Assembly (NCBI RefSeq): GCF_018350175.1
Contig: NC_058368.1
Span: 81,966,001-82,030,000 of the forward strand
Source of the DNA: Felis catus
Lineage: Eukaryota
Reading direction: 5' to 3'
Length of the DNA stretch: 64,000 nt
This document shows, in pieces, positions 12,501-24,500 of this stretch. Made by a program: the position numbers and the translations under genes. The notes under the pieces are model-generated. The model worked only from the letters and a program-made list of their open reading frames with translations, had not been told where the DNA came from and searched no databases. The stretch's first letter is position 1. Each line of letters opens with the position of its first letter.

Positions 12501-15500
12501 GCACCCCCAGGCTGGTTCCCGCGGCCCACCCGCCAGCCCGGAGATGTCGGATGCCCGGTGCTTGGAGGATGCAGGAGCTGCCGGCCCACTCCCGCTGGCC
12601 AATAGGGGCCGGTCTGCTTGGCATGAGCGTTGGGCCCTTTGGGGCAACCCCGAGGCCACACTGCCCAGCCAGGTGCATTTCGTTCCCAAGCCTGTTCTTG
12701 AAAAGGAGGCAACGGCAGACATCCCTATCCTGCCCTTCTCCCCTCGTGAGCGCTGTCTGTGGCCACCGTGGCTCCGGGGGCAGAACAGTGGTCCTTCTGT
12801 GGCTGTTCATCCCTGGCTCCTCACTGCAGTTTGTGGGAGCTTGTGGGGCAGGACGCGAGGAGGTGGATGCAGGGTGCATGGGGAGGGGGCAGTCACACAG
12901 ACGGCACAGGCCCTGCCCTCCTCTGAGCTTCTTGTGTCTGACCACATGCTTTCGCCCCTCGGTCGCTAGTGTCTCTCACCCACTGGTTCACAGAGGAGGC
13001 ACCGGTCTGCAGCCGGGCCCTCTGGACCCCACCCCTTTCCACAACGGAGGCACATGTCAGGTGGCCTGGTCCCTCAGTGTCCTTGGCTCACCCCAGCCTC
13101 CGCCCTGGGTCCCTAGTGGCTCTAAGCCACGGTGCTAGTGTTGTGAACTGACCCCAGGGAGCTCTCCCTCCCAGCAGATTCACCCCAGGCTCCGGCTGGG
13201 CATCTGGGAGTGTCCCTGGGGCAGAGCTACCTGTGTGGGCAGGGCTTTCACAGCTGGGCCTCATGCCTTTGTGTCTGTTGAAAAGGAGCTGTCCCAAGTT
13301 CTGTGTGAACACCGATGTCAGAAACATGAAGGGACCCATGAAGGGGCCAGAGTGCATAAACCTGAGAGTTTGCTTCAGCCAGGACCCAGGAGTGACCCGT
13401 GTGGTCCGCAGACTATCCAGACTTAGAAATAAAAGTCATCAGGAAAATAGTATCTGTTGATTTGTTATAGGAAGTGTCTCCTTTGGGTTGCTCATCGCAT
13501 GACCTAATGCAAACTTTCTTTGTCTAGAATATTCCTGAGGGAGCTGGAAAACTACACTGACTGCCCAGAGCTGGTTGGAAGGTGTTTTCTGGAACGGGTA
13601 TGTGCTGTTTCAACATGTGCTTGATGGTGCCTTACTTGTTAAAATAATAATGACTTTAATGTGTTTTTGTTTTGTTTTGAGAAAGAGTATGGGGGGCGGA
13701 GAGGGGCAGAGAGGGAGGGAGACACAGAATCAGAAGCAGGCTCCAGGCTCCGAGTTGTCAGCACAGAGCCCAACGCGGGGCTTGAACTCACAAACCATGT
13801 GTCATGACCTGAGCTGAAGTCAGACGCTTAACCGACTGAGCCACCCAGACTCCCCAATAATGAGTTTAAACCTTATCACAGTCTCCTTCTAACCAACTGA
13901 AATGACAAAGTTTCACTCTGTTCCTGGTTTGCCTGAGAGGATGTGATACTTTCTGGAAGGGCCAAAAGTATGTTTTTTCTTAAGTCCAAAAAGTTCAAAA
14001 AAGGGAAAAAGTATAAAACATCAGCATTTCGAAATGCCAGATTTATAATGCGTCTGTCTTGCCTGCACACGTTAGACAGAGCTGAACTTTTCTTGAGGTG
14101 GTATTAGTGTCATGTCTGGTCTTTCCCTGGTCACCCCTCTCTGCCCACCCCCATACTAGCAGGTGTGGGACGGGTCCCCTTATCTTTCTCCCTTTGAAAC
14201 TGCAGACGGCCCCTCTTCCAGGCAGGGAGAAGCAGTGGGAGAGGACAGGGCGTCTCCTCAGGCCAGCTTCACACACTGCTCGCTGAGCAGTGTGGCAAAT
14301 GTAGCGAAAGTGAAGCCATTTTCACAAAATGAGATGGAGGCTGAGACGCGTCACCATGAACTAGGGCCATCGGGCAGAAGGAAGGAGAAGGGGCCACATT
14401 TGTCCTCCGACCCTGCCTGCTCACTGGGGCGCTTCTGGGTGCTGTTTGAAAATTGGGGCGGAGGGTTCCTTCACACTGCAGGTCAGTGGTTCTCAAAAGA
14501 GGCCCCCTGGCCGACAGCACCAGCATCCCGGGATCTTACGGGGAATGCAGGTTCTCAGGTCCCGGCTGCAGCTGCTGAAGCAGAACCTGAAGTGCGGCTC
14601 TGTGTCGTAACAAACCCGCAGGCGGTCCTGGTGCACACGCAGGTCTGCGCACAGGCCCTGCGTGTTCTTCCCCTGGAAAGCTGGCGTGCACTTTCAGTCT
14701 GTTATCCTCACGGCACAGAGCCAGCCGCGTGGTGCTAACCTGTGTGAAAGGCGTCTCAGGACTAGCGCAGCCCTGAGCAGTGGTCCCTGGGGGAGCCATT
14801 TCACAGCTGCCCCACAATGAAGGACGCAGTGTCTGTGGTGGAGAAGGGTGCACGGGGTGCGGGGCTGTCAAATCGCACCCCGAGGCACTCTGCGACGTGC
14901 ACTCTGTCCCCGGCTCAGATGGAAGAGTTCCAGATCTACGAGAAGTATTGCCAGAACAAGCCTCGCTCTGAGAGCCTGTGGAGACAGTGCTCCGACTGCC
15001 CGTTTTTCCAGGTGTGTCTGGGGACCCTCCTAGTGAGAGTGCTGTCTCCTCATTAGCTGACTATCACACAGGGAACAAGAGGACCCTGTAAAGAGGTTTC
15101 TGGGACTTGCAGGAATGCCAGAGGAAGCTGGACCACAAGCTGAGTCTCGACTCCTACCTGCTGAAGCCAGTGCAGAGAATCACCAAGTACCAGCTGCTGC
15201 TCAAGGTGACGTGCCCGCAGCCGCCTGTCGCCCCTGCTGCACCCTCCCAGCCCCGCACCCCTGCCAGGGCCCCGTCTCTTCACAGACCTGTGTGGAGGGC
15301 TCACTGTCCACCGGCCATCATTGGGGGGGGGGGCGGGGAGCACAGAGGTGACCAGATGGGCAGACTCGTGGAGCACACACTTGCCACTCGCCCTGGGCCG
15401 TGCGCTCACACACAGTCCTCCCTGCAAGGCCGGCCCCCATGCGCAACCCGGTGGACGTGAAGGGCGTGCCTTCAGCTGTCCCATGTTTGGGGGTGCCAGG

Positions 15501-18500
15501 TTGGAGACAAAAGAGTACCCAGGTCTAGGAGTGGGAAGGCGGGAGCTGCACAAGGGGCCTCGCCCCATCCAGGCCTGGCCGCCTGGCTCAGGAGGCGTCC
15601 CTGTGTGCAGCGTCAGGCAGGACTATGGGAGTGAGGCACGAGGCGGCGGGCCTGGGGGTGGCTTCCTGAGCTGGTCTGAGGCCCGCGCCCCTGGCAGACC
15701 CACCACGAGCGGCCTTGTCCGCGGTGCCAGCTGTGCAGGGAGCCGTGCTGCATGTCCTGAGGGTCCAAGCATGGGCACGCAGCACGGAGCAGAGCGTCCA
15801 GTGCCCTGCGGGTATGTGAACGCGGCCTCGTCCCCCAGGAGATGCTCAAATACAGCAAGAGCTGCGAGGGGGCTGAGGACCTGCAGGAGGCACTGAGCTC
15901 CATCCTGGGCATCCTCAAGGCCGTGAACGACTCCATGCACCTGATCGCCATCACCGGCTATGACGTAAGGGCCTCCCCGTCCGCTGAGGAGCCTGGTGAC
16001 GGTCCACCCACTGTCCTCGAAGAGCTGTGCCTGGGGACATCCGTGTGCGGATGTATCACCTGCATATGCTGGGGCGTGCCCTGGCGCACGGGGACATGGG
16101 AGCCTTCACACCTCCCGCACCCACACGTCCCTGCACCCGCACCCACACCCCCCTGCACCAACACCCTCGTGCACCCACACCCACAACCCCCGCACCCGCA
16201 CCCACATGCCCCTGCACCTGCACCCACATCCCCCTGCACCTACACCCACATGCCCCTGCACCCATACCCATACCCCCCTGCACCTGCACCCACACTCCCC
16301 TGCACCCGCAACCCCCTGCACCCACATGCCCATGCACCCACACGCCCCTGCTCCCACACCTGCACCCCTCTGCACCCACACCCACACACCCCTGCACCCA
16401 CACACCCCTGCACCAGCACCCCCCTGCACCCGCACCCACACCCCCCTGTACCCGCACCCCCATGTACCCACACCCACACCCCTGCACCTGCACCCTCATG
16501 CACCCACACCCACACCCCCTGCACCCACACCCCCTTGCACCCGCACCCACACACCCCTACACCCACGCACCCCTGCACCTGCACCCACACATCCCTGCAC
16601 CTGCATGCCCCCACACCCACACACACATCCTCCCACACCCAGCAGATGGGACCTTTGTCCTAGCGGATGGTCCTCTGCTGGCACGTCCTCACCACCCAGA
16701 GTCCAGCGTGTGCATCCTGTGGGTTTGGACAGGGTGTGAGGCCGTCTCCCTGCTGGAAAGCCCCTGTGCTCCGCCTGTTCACCCTCCCTGGCCCATGACC
16801 ACCCCCGGCTCCTGTCTCCCCAGTTCTGCTTTTCCCCAAACATTACATAGCAGTGGTCTATGGGACACAGCCCCCCGCCCCCAGCCCGGGCGGCCTGCTT
16901 CTGTTTGGCGACGTGCACGTAAGGCCCCACTTTGTCCTGGGCTTAGGGGAACCTGAGTGACCTGGGGAGGCTGCTGATGCAAGGCTCCTTCAGCGTGTGG
17001 ACAGACCACAAGAAGGGCCACACGAAGGTGAAGGACCTGGCCAGGTTCAAGCCCATGCAGCGGCACCTCTTCCTGCACGAGAAGGCTGTGCTCTTCTGCA
17101 AGAAGAGGGAGGAAAACGGGGAGGGCTACGAGAAGGCCCCTTCCTACAGCTACAAGCAGTCCCTGAACGTGAGTGAGCCTTAGTCCCCGCAGCCTCAGCC
17201 ACGCTGCCCACTTCAGGCACGGGCCACTCATCTCTGGGTGTGGGAGTCTGGGACCCCGGGCGTCCTCAGCCCCCACCCCAAAACTGCTTCCGTTGCTTCG
17301 GGGACCCACCAACACCTTTCAGGGATGGGGGGCCGGCTCTCATCCCGCGCACTCATGAGCCCATCTCCCTGCTTGGCGCTGTCAGATGGCGGCAGTGGGC
17401 ATAACCGAGAATGTGAAGGGCGACGTGAGAAAGTTTGAGATCTGGTACAACGCCCGGGAGGAGGTGTACATCATACAGGTAGGGCTGGTGTCCCCGGGCC
17501 GGGTGCTGGGCACGTGTCAGAAAGGCCTGTGGCAAGAGCTGGTGTGTGTAGACTCTCCCGTGTGACTTTATCACCCGGAAGCCATTTAGGGGCATTGCCC
17601 TGGGCTGTCGCTACCCTGAACTGGGCCCAGAAGGAAGTACAGGAAACCAAGGTTAGGGTGCTCTGAGGGCGTGGCCGGGAGCACGGGCTTGCATGTGCCT
17701 GGACGGCACACCTGGGCCATGCTTATACACGTGACCGGGCTGCCTCACTGGTGAGGGCCGGAGGTGGGAGGGCATGAGTGTCCCCTGAGTCCGGTGAGCC
17801 CAGCGCCCTGTGAAGGGGTGCCCTTCACACCCAGGCACGCTGGCGGGACGTGGTGGTCACGGAGCGCCGTCACCACGCCCACCAGCACCGCCAGGCCCAC
17901 GGCGATGACGTGGGTCTGCTCGGCACGGGCTCAGGCGCCAGCCCCAGAAGCTGCCAGAACAGTGGCCGGCCTGCTTCTCCAGAGTCCAGCTGCCCGCCCG
18001 TCACTCCCACAGGCCTCACACACTGCACCGAGGCCAGACGGCGGCCTGCTCCCCTCTCTCGCCCTGAGAGTTAGAGTCTACTTCAGGGTCTCGGACTCCT
18101 GTCAGACATGTCACCTGAAACAACACCCTGGGCCACTTCCCAGAGGAAGGTGCTCTCAAAGGGTGGTCTGTGCCCCAGGGTTTCCACTGAGTCAGGCGCC
18201 AGCGAGGGCGCAAAGCTGGTGGCCAGGCGGTCACAGCCTGCCGCCTGTGTGGCCCACAGACCCTTCCTGTCACGCCCATGAGGCAGTCCTAAGGCAAAGG
18301 GACCATTTCTCCTTCCTCCTGGGCAGAGCTCTTGTTATCAGTCCCCACGGTCATCCTCAGAAGCTACCAGGGTAAAAGCAAAGCGGCATCTTCAGGGAAC
18401 ATGCGCCCTTACCTCCTGGCTTTCCCCCTGGGGCACAGGCACCGACGGTGGAGATTAAAGCAGCCTGGGTGAGTGAGATCCGCAAGGTGCTGACCAGCCA

Positions 18501-21500
18501 GCTGCAGGCTTGCAGAGGTAAGAGGTCTGGGCCGCCAGCGGCTCCGCTCTGCTCCGGGCGCATTCCCACACATGTCCAAAGCAACTCCCAGATTGTTGGC
18601 TGTTGTTGGAGGTGCGGTCGTGCAGCGCAGGGTCTGTGTGTCCCTTCCCGCAGAAGCCAGCCAGCACCGAGCACTGGAACAGTCCCAGAGCCTTCCTCTG
18701 CCCACGCCGCCCAGCACCAGGTGAGGAAGCCACCTCCGCTCGGGACCATGGGAGCCTGTCCCAGAGCCTGCCTCTGCATGCGCCACTGGGTGCACACGGC
18801 CCCTTCCCTGAACCTCCTCACTGGGAATTTGCTCCAAGCCCCCGGGGACGGCTTGTCCTCTGGCATTACATGCTCGGGGGTCCATCCCTGCGGGCCAGCT
18901 TCGGGGACGGTGTCTCCGGCCCCACCCCTGGGTGCTGCTGGCACAGGTGACTGTTAGCTGCCAGGTCTCCATGACGGTCGCGCTTCAGACAGGGCCTGTC
19001 GGGTGCCGAGGCGCAGAGCCACGCCCTCGGCTCACAGTTGATAGACACGCACGTTTCGGGTGCCAGCCCTGAGGCTGGCTTCACGGGACCTTTTCTGCCC
19101 TTAGCCTTACTTTGTTACCGTATTCATTCGCAGCTTTATTTTTCTGTTTCTTATATAAGCACATCTGGTCACTCGTGGGACAGGATGGGGGCTAAGTAAA
19201 TAATGCATAGAACAATAGTTTGAAAAGAAAAAGGCCACCCCCCCATCCCTGCAAGTCAAAAAATCAGCAACCATCTCCTACGTAACAGGAAGCAGGTGGA
19301 TTTGTTCTCATTCAGTTCTGCCCGGTTAACCCGGAAGTGCGTGGAGGGCAGGATGGGGCCCCGGGGTCTCTGCCTCGGATCCTCAGGGAGGCTGGAAAAC
19401 TAACCAGGCCACGTCCTCCTCCTTTTTTCATTAGTCCCTCGAAAGGGAACACAAGAAACATCAAAAAGCTGGAGGAAAGAAAAACCGACCCCCTAAGCCT
19501 GGAAGGATACGTGAGCTCCACGCCGTTGCCGAAGCCCCCCGAGAAGGGCAGAGGTGGGTGTCTGTGCGGCGCAGCCCCGTCACGGCTGTCCCCGAGTGAG
19601 CAGGCGCGTCCAGGACGTGCACACCTCTCAGAGGAGAGCCCGTGTGAGCTGGCGTGTGTCCCCGAGCACCCCCACTCCGTCCCTCTGTCTTCCTTCGGAG
19701 ATGACACAGCCCCGAGCTCTACCTCAGAGAGCTCCGCACTTTCCAAAACGCGCTTTGCTCTGCCGGGCCTTGCTGCCCTCACAGGTCAGAAAGGTAAAAG
19801 GCACCTGCCGCAGACCCACGCCCACGCCCCGGTGGCACGCTTCTCGTTCGTGTGGTGATCATTTGTGTGGACGGCCTGACAGGGGCAGCTGCCGCCATCG
19901 TCACCACGTGCAGCCGTTCAGAAGCTTTGCCCACTGACCCGCTCTCTTCCCTGGCGCTGGCGTGTCTGTGCCACACACGGCCAGGGGCCTCTCACTGGGG
20001 GCCTTTTATTTGCAAAGGAGGAGGCAGGCTTCTCTGGCAAACCTTGCTCACAAACTGCACTCGTCTTTTGCTTTTTTGGTGCACCTCCTCCTGAACCCCC
20101 ACCCCATCCTGCTCTGTCCTGCCCGGGACTGGCATCGGCGGGCCCTGGGGTGCTCGCTATCACACAGGCCACATAAGGAATCCGCTGGGTGGGAACCTCG
20201 GAAAGCTTGTCTGCCTTGCAAGGCTCCTCGGTGGTGAAGCGTGTGAGGGGAAGGACACAGATGAGCCCACGAAGCCTGGAGCTCCGGCCGGGTCGTTACA
20301 GGACCACCCGCCCGATGCTAAAAGCCAGTGTTTACGAGTCGAGGATTCTTTTCACTCATCCAGAAAATTGGAGGGTTTTTTGTTTGTTTCAACTTACAAA
20401 ATACTTTTAAGTTGGCCTCAAACTTTTTATTTTTAAAATATTTTTTTCACGTTTATTTATTAAGAGAGAGAAAGGGAGACAGAGACAAAGTGCCAGTGGG
20501 GAGGGGCAGGGAGAGAGGGAGACACAGAATCCAAAGCAGGCTCCAGGATCTGAGCTGTCAGCACAGAGCCCGACGCAGGGCTCGAACTCACGAACCGTGA
20601 GCTCATGACCTGAGCCGAAGTCGGACGCTTGGCCAACTGAGCCACCCAGGCGCTGCAATCAAACTTTTTTTAAAAAAGGAAAGACGCGCTCTGGTGCCGT
20701 GTACTTTGCCAAGCATGGAAAGTGCATACACTACACACTTTTATGCAGAGTTGAAAACCCGTGACCACCTGTAGCCTGCTGAAGTGAGGGTACGATTGCC
20801 ACCGTTGGCCCGAGCTGGGTCTCCTCTCCCCCCGTTCCCGGGGCCGCTCCCGTCACCCGCGGGGCCCCGTGGCCAGCTTAGTCTTGCGCACAGGAAGCCA
20901 CTTGGCAGCAGTGGGAACCGGCCTGCTGGCGGTGGCGTCCTGTCCCGCGTGAACACTGCTCCGCACGCCCCCCACGCCCTGCTTGCAGCCCCTCACTCTC
21001 CTGTCTGTTTTTGCCTCTTCCTTCTTCCACAGCCTCTCCTACCAGTCCTGGCAAAAAAGCTAAGCGACATGAAGTAAAGAGCGATCCAACGCCTTTTGGT
21101 TTACGAGGTAGAGTGGCTCAGCCTTGTGACGTAGCCTGCCGTCCGCATCCCCATGCGGCTGGGGACGCTGTCTGCCTGGCCGGGGCTCGCCCCCCAGGAT
21201 GCAGATCACGATAGGTCTCTACCAGCCAGACACAAATTCCTTGTTTTCTTCAAAAGCATGACGATCTGGCGACAGATCTGTGATGACATCGCCCTTCTCA
21301 GCTGGACTCCTGCCGGGTCTGCCCAGAACCGACCCCCTTAGGGGTTGCCGACACCTGGCCGGCATTCGGGTTGGGCTGTTTCTTGGTGGCTGTGCGGCCG
21401 TAGGCCTCCCCCGTCCAGGGCGCCCACCCATCCCCTGCTTCTTGGTGGGAGAAGCCGACAGGATCTTGTCAACTGACCATCTTGCAGGGAGATGACCAGT

Positions 21501-24500
21501 AGTACAGACAGAGGGGGCCAAGCTCCGTGTTGGAACTCAGGCCATTTCTTGCCCCCTCATATCACGAGGGTAAAGTGCAGCCCCCAAAACCTGAAGATCC
21601 CCTGGCCCAGGCTGAGGGGCTGAGGTTCTCAGGAAGGATTTCACTTTGTGAACCACCTTGAGTTTTCCAGCAACTGTGAAGGTTCCCAGGGGCACAGGCT
21701 GCGGCTCTCCAGCATCCCCGGGGCGAGAGCTCAGAGGCCAGGGGCCTTGGCCCACCCTCTCAGCCTTCACATGGATGCGCAGTGCCCCGGGGCCTGGGAC
21801 AGGAGTCATTTCTGCCCTGACAGCCTCATTTCCTACCTCACACCTGGAGACACCTGAGCACTGCCCTGGCTGAGTTCCCTTGGGCAGGAAGCTAGGGGGC
21901 TTCAGCCTCACCCACGGCCACCCGCCCATGGTTCCTACCGCCTTTCAGCCAAGTTGTGTCTCCTCCCGTGACAGGAAGATGAGGCAGCCTCGTGAGGTCA
22001 CAGTGGACGTGACCTGAGTGCAGCGCCTGGGGCCCAACTGCTAGCCCCCCTTCACACCCTACCCCTGCTCCCTATTGCCCATCCCATGCCCCCCCCCACC
22101 CCGAAGCAGGTGACAGCGCGCACGGGTCTCCTGGGCATTCTTGCACATACTTAGCAGCTTGCCCCCTGAAAAGAGTCATCTTCCCAATGTTTTACTCAAT
22201 GCCGCTGTCAGGAACTGTTTTGCAGAGGAGGGAGGGGACCCCACTCACCGTTACCTGGGCCTGATGTCCTACACACTCACCCACACGTGCGCAGATCAAG
22301 TGGGTTGGTGACACTTCGCTTCCCTCTTGGGCCTCGGTACTTTCCTGTCCACCCCCCCGTCACACAGTCTTGACCCAGGTGAGCCTGGTAGAAAGGCTTC
22401 CAGAGAGGCTGCTTGTCCCCACAGAGGCGAGCGAGCCCTTTGCACGCACCTGCTGTGACTCCCTCACATGCCTCAGCCTGTCGTCCTCAGGGAGGGCACA
22501 CCTCCTGCCACCCCACGTGTAATCTGGAACTGGTGTGCCCCGCCCACAGCCAGCAAGCAGCCTTCTCTCCCAGACCCGCTTGCCTCTTGCTGCACAGCCA
22601 TGGGACACATGGCCTGATGCTCCAGACTGTCACCTAGTGCCAGCATCCCTGTGTTTGTTCAGAACCCAGAATCCGACATCTCCTGTCTCCCCACAACTTA
22701 CTTGCATTCTCCCCCAAATTTCCCCCAAATGGGAAATACAGGTGCTACTCTTTGGGCCTACAAGGCAGTGGAAACGCTGATGAAGGGATGTGTGCGCATT
22801 TTATAAAGTCCCCAGAAAGATCTCTCCCCGCGTTTGCTGGCCCAGCCAAGCTCCGCGGCTGGAGCTCACACAGGCAGGCGGCCTGGCCTGGAATCCCAGC
22901 CTCACCACGTGGCCACGGGGGCTCAGCGGCCCTGTTAGCTTTCGTGTGCGGTGTCTGCTGGCCTGCGTCACAGCGCCCCTACCTCGTGGGCTAAGGGCCA
23001 GGACGGGCCGGCACAGGGCACGCGCAGCGAGCCTCAGCCCTTGTGTGAGGGGCGGCCCCCCAGGCGGTCGGCCGGGTGTTCACCCTCCAAGCACTAACTG
23101 CAAACTCCTTCCCTTTGGTGGCATTCGCTCCAACACAGTGGGATGGCAACGTCCCAGGCTAGTGGTTACTCAGGATCTCTGTGCTCCCCTGGGGCCACAT
23201 GCAGGGGCAAAGCGGCAGGGCCTAAGGGACCACCTCCCTGAGGGGCTGGGGTTCGCTGTGTCCCCCCGGCTGGTGATGGAAGCAGGTGTCTGGGCCCCGG
23301 CCCCCTGGACTGTGCATGGCTGAAGCACCCGTGTCAGCAGCGTGCCCCAGTCTGTGCTGCGTCCCGCCGGAAGGTCTTGGCTGGCTCCTGGGAAGGGGGC
23401 ACATGCGGGTGGTGGGAACTGCACAGACCCCCTTCACACAGTGAGGGTGGTCCTCACTGCGGCCCGCTCTCTCTCAGGTTGGAGCAAAACATCTCACCCC
23501 TCAGAGGCCCCTGAGGACGACGGCTGGTCGAGTGCTGAGGAGCTGATCAATTCCTCGGATGCGGAGGAGGAGGGCAGAGTGGGCCCCAGGAAGCTGGTAA
23601 CCTTGGGTCCCACTGGGCGTTCAGCCTGGCCCTGCTGGCCCCTGGGCAGGAGAGCTTCAGAGCACGACCTTACCAGTGCCCCGCACTTGTGGCTGCTGCG
23701 GGCACATGTTAGGTGCCAGGGCCCCCTGGGGTTGTGCGCCCGCCCGCCTCCATCGTCAGACCAGCCTGTTTCAGAGGGAACGGTGCACACACCTGACTTG
23801 CCCTCCAAATAAGTAGACTGTTCTGAGGAGCCGCTGTAAAGCGATGCCTTCAGCTCTTACTTTCTAGAGAACTGAACTGCTTTAAGTATGGATTTGCATT
23901 CTTTTTTTTTTTTAACTTTTTTTAATGTTTATTTTTGAGAGAGAGAGAGCTAGAATAAGCGGGGGAGGGTCAGAGAGAGAGAGAGACACGGAATCCGAAG
24001 CAGGCCTCAGGATCTGAGCTCTCAGCACAAAGCCCCACGCAGGGCTCGAACCCCCAAACCATTAGACCATGACCTGAGCTGAAGTCAGACGCTCAACCCA
24101 CTGAGCCACCCCAGATTTGCATTTGAAACAGTGGCAAGGAGAAGCTATTCACGTATTAAATCATTAGAGTCGGGTGACACTAACAGATGCTTGGGGCACT
24201 CCATGCTGCCCTGGTCCTAGCTTCAGAGCTTTGTCCATGTGTACGTGTCAAACATGGAGCACGGACTGGGTACCAGGCACTGTGGAGGTACAAAAGACAA
24301 AGCAGAGAACAAAATAGACAAGACTCTCCACTCTCACAGGGAAGCAAGATAAAAGGTAGTGAATACGGAGCATACTAGGCAAGGATGACTGCCATTTCAG
24401 ATGGGAGGCCCGGGGATAGGAGGGCGCTCCAGGAAGAAGGAGCAGCATGTGCAAAGGCCCTGGGGCAGAGGGCTATGTTTGTAGTGTTTGAAGCCGGCTG

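Noticed and set aside
15842..16956. Long His/Pro/Thr- or Gly/Cys/Val-rich ORFs in several frames
   Set aside because: They are translations of the intronic low-complexity repeat; only 15839-15964 and 16947 onward are real exon.
21302..21495. Possible extra MCF2L alternative terminal exon after ttctcag
   Set aside because: A plausible acceptor, but no recognisable peptide, donor or poly(A) support.
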